A stretch of 32,000 nt of DNA from Arthrobacter phage Herb: the sequence record MH450118.1; one strand, given 5' to 3'. Made by a program: the position numbers and the translations under genes. Shown piece by piece: positions 27,012 through 32,000 of the stretch. The notes below the pieces were generated by a model that was not told where the DNA came from, did not search any database, and saw only the letters and a list, made by a program, of their open reading frames with translations. How positions within the stretch are numbered: the first letter of the stretch is position 1; each line of letters starts with the position of its first letter.

Positions 27012-27046
27012 CGAGACCCCCGGCCCTTATCGGGTCGGGGGTCTCG
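27012..27046. terminator. Bidirectional stem-loop terminator between convergent genes
   Basis: CGAGACCCCCGGCCC-TTATC-GGGTCGGGGGTCTCG, 15-bp stem with one wobble. Confidence 0.75.
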
Positions 27047-27056
27047 TGCTATCCGC

Positions 27057-27329
27057 TTAGTCCCATTCGTAGTTGATGGCCTCTTCCATCGACTCCACCG
27101 AGACCAGGGTCTCGCCGGGGGCCGCGTGCCGCTCGTGCTTGGAAACCCAGAGCGTGGACCCGTAGGACTGGTCCTGAATCTGGAACCAGACCCGCCCGGT
27201 CCGGACGTTCAGGAAGATCGCGCCGGTCGTGAGCGGGGGTTCCTGGCCCTCGGCCTCGTGAATCCGCTCCAGCTCGGCTCCGACCTCGTTGAGCTGCTCG
27301 ATCAGTGCGGGGGCTGCTTCGTTAATCAT
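27057..27329 (-). CDS. Hypothetical protein
   Basis: 90 aa; ATG preceded on the minus strand by AAGGAGCCAAC; own putative promoter upstream. Confidence 0.65.
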   Translation of the reverse strand: MINEAAPALIEQLNEVGAELERIHEAEGQEPPLTTGAIFLNVRTGRVWFQIQDQSYGSTLWVSKHERHAAPGETLVSVESMEEAINYEWD

Positions 27330-27374
27330 TGTTGGCTCCTTCGTTCCGAGAGGCTCCCTGCCCCTCTAAATTCA

Positions 27375-27403
27375 ATTTTACACTATCCTTGCCCCCGTGT
27401 CAA
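27375..27403 (-). promoter_or_regulatory. Putative promoter TTGACA-N17-TAAAAT
   Basis: Overlaps dyad 27388-27404; upstream of gene 27057..27329. Confidence 0.6.
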
Positions 27404-27428
27404 ACCCGACTCGGGGTGGATACGGGTC

Positions 27429-27452
27429 GGCCCCGGACTCTCGCCCGGGGCC
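27429..27452 (-). terminator. Stem-loop GGCCCCGG-N8-CCGGGGCC
   Basis: Perfect 8-bp stem just after the end of gene 27459..27686. Confidence 0.5.
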
Positions 27453-27458
27453 TCGCCT

Positions 27459-27686
27459 CTAGTCTCCCAACTTGTCCATGTCCCGCTTCCTCGGGGTGTT
27501 GTAGCAGATCGTCCGGATCAGTGCGACCGAGACTCCCCACTCCGAGGCGATCAGGCTCGTCGGCACCCCGTCCGCGAACTCCTCGCGGATCCTGGCCATC
27601 GCCGCGTCCTGCAGCTTCCGGCGACGGCCCACCGAGTCGTAGAAGAACTCGGCCTTGTAGGTTGCGGGCTTTCGGTTCTTGTTCAA
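27459..27686 (-). CDS. Small HTH-like DNA-binding protein
   Basis: 75 aa, TTG start after AAGGAGCCAACC; 'AMARIREEFADGVPTSLIASEWGVSVALIRTICYNTPRK' resembles an HTH. Confidence 0.6.
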   Translation of the reverse strand: MNKNRKPATYKAEFFYDSVGRRRKLQDAAMARIREEFADGVPTSLIASEWGVSVALIRTICYNTPRKRDMDKLGD

Positions 27687-27734
27687 GGTTGGCTCCTTAT
27701 CTTAACTGGACCGGTCGTTCCGGCCCATATTTCA

Positions 27735-27763
27735 ATTAAATCACATCTTTGTCACTCAGTCAA
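27735..27763 (-). promoter_or_regulatory. Putative promoter TTGACT-N17(TG-extended)-TTTAAT
   Basis: Overlaps dyad 27748-27764; upstream of gene 27459..27686. Confidence 0.6.
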
Positions 27764-27778
27764 ACCGGGCATACAGGT

Positions 27779-27804
27779 GACCCCCGGCTGTTACGCCGGG
27801 GGTC
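27779..27804 (-). terminator. Stem-loop GACCCCCGGC-TGTTAC-GCCGGGGGTC
   Basis: Perfect 10-bp stem just after gene 27812..28390 (minus). Confidence 0.65.
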
Positions 27805-27811
27805 CTTGGTG

Positions 27812-28390
27812 TTACGCGGTGTGCTCGACCCATTCGCCGGAGCCGTCACGCTTGGTGTTGCGCTCGGTGACTGTCCGGACGTCGCCTCCGATGAAACCCT
27901 GGGTGCTGGTCCGGCTCGGGTACTCCCAGCGGCCAACCTTCACGGTGGAGTAGGTGTAGATGTGGGTGTCCTTGCCTTCGAACTCCGGCATGCCCTCGGC
28001 GCGAGCTGCGACCTCTGCCGCGTGCTCGGCCTCGCCCGCTGCGATTGCGGCTGCGATGCTGGCCTCCGAGGCGTGGACCGGCTTGTCCTGTACCTTCCGG
28101 GCTGCGGTGCGGCTGGCTGCGCGCTCGGCCTTCTTGGTTTCCTTCTCGACGATCCGAGCGGCCATCATGCGGGCCTTGTGCTTGAGGTTGGCCGAGGGCA
28201 GGGCCTCCAGCTTCTCGTCGTTCCCGGCGTCGTTGTAATCCGCTGCCATGGCCCGGGCTACGTTGCCAGCGTGGCGGGCGTCGTGTCCCGGCTTGTACAT
28301 CGTCTTGCTGGAGGAAGTGGCCTCGCCGCACCCGCAGTTGCAGTGGCGGGTCGTGGTGGCGGCTGCGGTGGTGTTGGTGTTCTCGCTCAT
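27812..28390 (-). CDS. Protein with N-terminal CxCGCG...PGHDxxH module
   Basis: 192 aa; 'CNCGCGEATSSSKTMYKPGHDARHAGNV'; preceded by AAGGAGCCAAAA. Confidence 0.65.
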   Translation of the reverse strand: MSENTNTTAAATTTRHCNCGCGEATSSSKTMYKPGHDARHAGNVARAMAADYNDAGNDEKLEALPSANLKHKARMMAARIVEKETKKAERAASRTAARKVQDKPVHASEASIAAAIAAGEAEHAAEVAARAEGMPEFEGKDTHIYTYSTVKVGRWEYPSRTSTQGFIGGDVRTVTERNTKRDGSGEWVEHTA

Positions 28391-28439
28391 TTTTGGCTCC
28401 TTAGCGGGTTCGGGCCGGTCCTTCCGGCCTCATATTTCT

Positions 28440-28468
28440 ATTAAAACATATCCTTGACCAAGTGTCAA
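28440..28468 (-). promoter_or_regulatory. Putative promoter TTGACA-N17(TG-extended)-TTTAAT
   Basis: -35 inside the perfect palindrome CTTGAC-N5-GTCAAG (28453-28469). Confidence 0.7.
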
Positions 28469-28527
28469 GTTCGTGGGGCCGGAGGGTGTCGAACCCTCGG
28501 AGCTGGCCTAATCCAGCCGGTCCCAGT

Positions 28528-28547
28528 GGGGGTCCCGAGGGACCCCC
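28528..28547 (-). terminator. Stem-loop GGGGGTCC-CGAG-GGACCCCC
   Basis: Perfect 8-bp stem just after gene 28554..29096 (minus). Confidence 0.6.
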
Positions 28548-28553
28548 GGGGCC

Positions 28554-29096
28554 TTACTTGCTAACTGCCTTAATGTACTTGGCGAAGAGGCGGGTGGAGA
28601 GCTGGGAGGTCTCCTTGGGCTGCTTGCCGGTGGTCTTGGTCTCCATCACGAGGCGGGAGACGTGCTTGGCGTCGTGGCCCGGGCGGTAGGTGGCCTTCTT
28701 GCCATTGACCTGGGTTCCGCAACCGCACTTGCACTGCCCACCCTGGGCGACCTGAGCGGTCGGGGCCTTGCGCTCCTTGGGTTCCACGGCCTCCTCGGTG
28801 ATCGCCAAAACTCCCTCGTCCTTCATGGCCAGAGCGGCCTTGGCTCCGAGTTCGGTAAGGGCGACCCAGTATTCCTCGTCGTCGCGCTCCTTGGTGACGT
28901 ACCCGTCCTTGACCATCAGGGTGATTGCCCGGGCTGCGAGGTTGGAGGAGATGCCGGTGGTCTCATCGCGGAGAGCGTCGTACCAGATGCCCGAACCCTC
29001 GACGATTCCCTCGTCGAAGAAGCTGTAGTGGCCGTTGCCGATCCCGACGAGGATGTTGATTTCGGCCTTCTTCGTGTTGCTGAGTCCCTTTGCCAT
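28554..29096 (-). CDS. Protein with winged-helix-like N-terminus and C-terminal CxCGCG...PGHDxxH module
   Basis: Start at ATG 29096 (MAKGLSNTKK...) preceded by AAGGAGCCGAAA; 'CKCGCGTQVNGKKATYRPGHDAKHVSRL'. The track ORF start at 29174 would run through the putative promoter. Confidence 0.65.
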   Translation of the reverse strand: MAKGLSNTKKAEINILVGIGNGHYSFFDEGIVEGSGIWYDALRDETTGISSNLAARAITLMVKDGYVTKERDDEEYWVALTELGAKAALAMKDEGVLAITEEAVEPKERKAPTAQVAQGGQCKCGCGTQVNGKKATYRPGHDAKHVSRLVMETKTTGKQPKETSQLSTRLFAKYIKAVSK

Positions 29097-29145
29097 TTTC
29101 GGCTCCTTCTGGTCTGTGGGGTTCCGGGTGAACCTCGTAAGAACA

Positions 29146-29174
29146 ACTTTACCAGAACCTTGCCCACGAGTCAA
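29146..29174 (-). promoter_or_regulatory. Putative promoter TTGACT-N17(TG-extended)-TAAAGT
   Basis: Overlaps dyad 29159-29175. Confidence 0.6.
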
Positions 29175-29200
29175 GTAGTGCTAGTGGGCAAGGTTCCGTG

Positions 29201-29563
29201 TTACTTTGCGTTACGGGCACGTGCTGGCTTCTCCGGCTCAAAGGGCTTGATTTTGAGGTCAACGAGGCGCTCGCGGAGACGGCCCCGCCCGTAGTTCAGG
29301 ATCGCGTGGTAGAGGCGGTCCTGCAGACTAGCGGAGGGGAGCAAGATAAAGGCGTCGGAGACCTGGGTTTGGTAGTCCTTGGCCGAGAGCTTGCCGTGCT
29401 CCAGCGAGTCGATTCCCACGAGCAGCTCCTGTAGGAGGTGTGAGATGTGTTTGCTGTCGTGCCCCGGTCGGTACACGCTCCGGTAGCTGGCGGTGGCTTC
29501 CCCACAACCGCAGCGGCAAAGCGTGGATATCGGACCGGTTGTGGGTGCTGGGAAATCAACCAT
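29201..29563 (-). CDS. Protein with N-terminal CxCGCG...PGHDxxH module
   Basis: 120 aa; 'CRCGCGEATASYRSVYRPGHDSKHISHL'; preceded by AAGGAGCTATACC. Confidence 0.65.
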   Translation of the reverse strand: MVDFPAPTTGPISTLCRCGCGEATASYRSVYRPGHDSKHISHLLQELLVGIDSLEHGKLSAKDYQTQVSDAFILLPSASLQDRLYHAILNYGRGRLRERLVDLKIKPFEPEKPARARNAK

Positions 29564-29616
29564 TGGTATAGCTCCTTATTCGACTGAGACCGAATTGGAA
29601 AAACCCCTGCCCTCCT

Positions 29617-29646
29617 ATTGTAAGACCGGCCTTGCCCGGTTGTCAA
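29617..29646 (-). promoter_or_regulatory. Putative promoter TTGACA-N18-TACAAT
   Basis: Overlaps dyad 29631-29647; upstream of gene 29201..29563. Confidence 0.6.
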
Positions 29647-29656
29647 GATACCCGGC

Positions 29657-29686
29657 TAGACAGATAGGCAAATATACTGGTAGGGT
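29657..29686 (+). promoter_or_regulatory. Putative divergent rightward promoter TAGACA-N15-TG-G-TAGGGT
   Basis: Same N18/TG geometry; upstream of the 29806 operon. Confidence 0.45.
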
Positions 29687-29805
29687 AGTATCTAGATCGC
29701 AGCCGGGGTGGCTCCTTACGGCTCGTCGATCCTTATGGAGGTCCCGGCAGACCTGAGACCCTGCTGGGGCCTCCACTAGTATCCAAGGGGCCAGGATAGG
29801 GAGCC

Positions 29806-30147
29806 ATGGAAGACCCAAGAATCGAGAAACTTCCCCGTTGGGCCAGGGATAAACTCCGCTGGCTGCAGCAGGACCTAGACGAGGCCCGGACCGAGCGGGA
29901 CAAGCTCAGGTCCAAGCAGCTCGGAGAGCCTGAGTCGCCGGTTTATATCAACAACTACCGCGAAGGCGTAGACACCATGCTTCCCAAGTATGGCACCGTG
30001 GTATTCCGGGTCGGACCCCACGAGCGAGACGTGATCCGGGCCAGGATCAATCACAATACCGGGCGACTAGACCTCAACGGCGAGCGGCAACTGATGGTCC
30101 TGCCCGTGGCGTCCAACGCAGCGGAGGTCACCCTTGGTGATGCCTAA
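29806..30147 (+). CDS. Hypothetical protein
   Basis: 113 aa, preceded by AGGGAG; first gene of a coupled operon. Confidence 0.65.
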   Translation: MEDPRIEKLPRWARDKLRWLQQDLDEARTERDKLRSKQLGEPESPVYINNYREGVDTMLPKYGTVVFRVGPHERDVIRARINHNTGRLDLNGERQLMVLPVASNAAEVTLGDA

Positions 30148-30877
30148 ACTGTGTATCAACGACGAGGACCGAGCCGAAGAAGGCAAGCTCCTCTGTTACG
30201 TCTGCTCATACCGGCTCTGGCAAGAGCTACACTGGTTGGCCGACGTATACGACCCACTATTCGAAGCACTCACCCGGAGGCTCAATGTTGAACAAAAAGC
30301 CGAACAAGTCAAGGTCCGTGGAAGCAAAGACCCCATGGTCACCGGACTCGACCTCAACGACGACGCAGCAAAAGTCCGGCACGACATTCGGGGCATCGCC
30401 TACGCGGGACGGGGTTGGCTCGGTGGACTCGGGGGCGACACCGCCCGAGGCCCAGGCCGAAAAGGAGTCGCCTACGAACTTAGGTATCTGGCCCGAAACC
30501 TAGACACCCTCGACCGGGATTCCGGTGGCGCAGACAAGATGAAGCACTGGGGATCCCGGGTGGTGGCGGCAAGAGTCGCCGCAGAGAAGCTGCTCACCCC
30601 CGATCCCCTCAGGTCCGCTTACTTCTTCCACATTGAAGGCCTGTCCTGTGAGGTCAACGTCGGAGAGGACGAACAGGTCACCCGATGTGGCGGACACCTC
30701 GGAGTCTGGATGGTCGAGGGGCAGATGGTCGAGCGGGACTTCTCCTGCGCGACCAACCCCGGCCACATCGTCAAGCGGGAGACCGCAATCCGGAACGCCC
30801 AGCGACGGGCGATCCAAGCCAAGGCCGGAATCCGGCTAATCCAAGAAATCCTAGGCAAAGGAGCCAAGGCGTCATGA
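30140..30877 (+). CDS. Hypothetical protein
   Basis: ATG 30140 overlapping upstream TGA; 245 aa. Confidence 0.65.
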   Translation: MPKLCINDEDRAEEGKLLCYVCSYRLWQELHWLADVYDPLFEALTRRLNVEQKAEQVKVRGSKDPMVTGLDLNDDAAKVRHDIRGIAYAGRGWLGGLGGDTARGPGRKGVAYELRYLARNLDTLDRDSGGADKMKHWGSRVVAARVAAEKLLTPDPLRSAYFFHIEGLSCEVNVGEDEQVTRCGGHLGVWMVEGQMVERDFSCATNPGHIVKRETAIRNAQRRAIQAKAGIRLIQEILGKGAKAS

Positions 30878-31194
30878 CGGTTGATCCCACCAAACCACTC
30901 TGGGACCCCGAACCCATGTTCGGATCAGGGTACCACCCCTTCCTCACCCAAGCCGCACGGCAACTGGCCGAACGTCGGGCCGCACTGGAAGAGGAGTTGT
31001 GCACCCGGGCTTTGGAGACAGGCTATGGGGTGATGATCATCGAAGGGTTCCCGGACCAGCCGCTGGCCTCAGTCGGGATGGTACACCCGCTGGTACCGGC
31101 AGGGTCCATCCACATCTACAAGTGGGGACCCCACATCCGGGCCTTGCTCGGAGTCCATGGGGTGAAGTTGGTTCTGGATAAGGTCAACCCCTAA
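30874..31194 (+). CDS. Hypothetical protein
   Basis: ATG 30874 (ATGA overlap); 106 aa 'MTVDPTKPLWDPEPMFGSGYHPFLTQ...'. Confidence 0.6.
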   Translation: MTVDPTKPLWDPEPMFGSGYHPFLTQAARQLAERRAALEEELCTRALETGYGVMIIEGFPDQPLASVGMVHPLVPAGSIHIYKWGPHIRALLGVHGVKLVLDKVNP

Positions 31195-31313
31195 TGCCGA
31201 CGCGCTGGGTGATCAAGTGCACCGAGTGCGGCAACACCAAAACCCAGGACCACCCAGCCTCCGAGGACGAGGACTGGACCTGCGACCGCAAACACGGAAA
31301 GGTAAAACAATGA
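31194..31313 (+). CDS. 39-aa putative zinc-ribbon-like peptide
   Basis: MPTRWVIKCTECGNTKTQDHPASEDEDWTCDRKHGKVKQ*, starts in the upstream stop and ends at the next start. Confidence 0.5.
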   Translation: MPTRWVIKCTECGNTKTQDHPASEDEDWTCDRKHGKVKQ

Positions 31314-31594
31314 TGGGACTAGGCGGAGACCTGCTGTACTGCTGGGAGGACGACACCACCGGCTGCATCTGCGGCAACGAATGTGACCCGCCCGCATGGA
31401 TAATCAAGATGTGGGAGGCCGAGGAAGGACTGCAGAAGGCCGAGCAGGAGGAAGCCCAGACCAAAACCCGGCCAGTCCTGCCCCACACCTTCGGCAGGGA
31501 CGACCCCGCAGACCTGAATCTGAACCGGGCTGAACGTCGTGCCCTGACCAAGCTCGGGCGCAAACGGGGCAGACCATACCGGGTCGGCCTATAG
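31310..31594 (+). CDS. Hypothetical protein
   Basis: ATG 31310; 94 aa with 'CICGNEC'. Confidence 0.55.
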   Translation: MMGLGGDLLYCWEDDTTGCICGNECDPPAWIIKMWEAEEGLQKAEQEEAQTKTRPVLPHTFGRDDPADLNLNRAERRALTKLGRKRGRPYRVGL

Positions 31595-31650
31595 TATAGG
31601 GTGGGGTTTGTTGGGTATATATACTATATGTGACAAACCCCACACTATAC
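31594..31650. repeat. Near-perfect 18-bp inverted repeat with nested GTATATATAC palindrome
   Basis: GTATAGGGTGGGGTTTGT (31594-31611) versus ACAAACCCCACACTATAC (31633-31650), 17 of 18 complementary; loop contains GTATATATAC (31615-31624). Confidence 0.85.
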
Positions 31651-31656
31651 CAATAC

Positions 31657-31686
31657 TTGACACCCAGTATACTTGACAGATTTAAT
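31657..31686 (+). promoter_or_regulatory. Putative promoter TTGACA-N18-TTTAAT
   Basis: Consensus-like elements upstream of the HNH gene; a second TTGACA lies within the spacer. Confidence 0.6.
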
Positions 31687-31742
31687 AGTAGAGTTGGTTC
31701 CGTTTAATTCGGAGCCAACAGTCGTATGAAAGGGTGCGAGCA

Positions 31743-32000
31743 ATGGCAGTCGATGAATGGGTGAACAACTCAGGCCGACGCCGCAAGCTGTACAAGCAGC
31801 TGCTCCCCAACAAAGACGTGCGGTGCTGGATTTGCCGCCAACCCGGAGCCAACCAACTCGACCACATCAAGCCACGGAGCAAGTACCCTGAGCTTGTGTG
31901 GGACCTCAGCAACATCGTCCCGGCCCACGACACCTGCAACAACCGCAAAAGCGACGGGGAGTCCGTACCGGGCCTCGGGGTCCACTCCGAGGTATGGTGA
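31743..32000 (+). CDS. HNH endonuclease
   Basis: 'CWICRQPGANQLDHIKPRSKYPELVWDLSNIVPAHDTCNNRKSDG' is a clear HNH motif; ATG 31743 after AAAGGG. Confidence 0.85.
   Translation: MAVDEWVNNSGRRRKLYKQLLPNKDVRCWICRQPGANQLDHIKPRSKYPELVWDLSNIVPAHDTCNNRKSDGESVPGLGVHSEVW

Noticed and set aside
27749-28444. 231-aa plus-strand ORF
   Set aside because: Antisense to the PGHD-module gene and covers its promoter and terminator.
28474-28550. Complete functional tRNA gene on the minus strand
   Set aside because: T-arm is perfect but no complementary 5' acceptor strand or proper 7-nt anticodon loop was found; kept only as a possible remnant or attP core.
28662-29294. 210-aa plus-strand ORF
   Set aside because: Antisense to minus-strand genes that have promoter, RBS and paralogous protein motifs.
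1-32000. CRISPR array, retron, DGR or toxin-antitoxin system
   Set aside because: No regularly spaced direct repeats, reverse transcriptase or cas genes were seen. The Cas4/RecB-like nuclease at 15640 fits a phage recombination nuclease.

Overview
This window is most of the non-structural arm, plus the end of the tail/lysis arm, of a tailed phage. High GC, gene style and amidase/holin layout suggest an actinobacterial host (inference). Left part (1-9.1 kb): tape-measure C-terminus, minor tail proteins, an S74-type tail fibre, a lysis cassette and a beta-helix spike-like protein. Middle part (9.2-27 kb): HTH protein, SNF2/DEAD-type helicase, RuvC-like resolvase, PD-(D/E)XK (Cas4/RecB-like) nuclease, Sak4/RecA-like ATPase, putative SSB, primase-polymerase/helicase, family A DNA polymerase, PurA-like PurZ, MazZ-like pyrophosphohydrolase and a deoxyribosyltransferase-like/dUTPase fusion. 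The PolA-PurZ-MazZ block strongly suggests a 2-aminoadenine (Z) genome. Right part (27-31.7 kb): five leftward monocistronic small genes, a rightward small-gene operon, and an HNH endonuclease at the edge. Less explained features are: (i) a shared CTTGnC-N5-GnCAAG-like dyad over the -35 of about ten putative promoters on both strands; (ii) three parS-like sites (GTTTCACGTGAAAC core) with no ParB visible; (iii) four proteins carrying a CxCGC...PGHDxK/H module; (iv) a conserved AAGGAGCCAAC initiation leader; (v) a long nested inverted repeat at 31.6 kb and a GTTAC/GTAAC-rich intergenic region at 21.3-21.7 kb. All calls are from reading the sequence; no searches were run.
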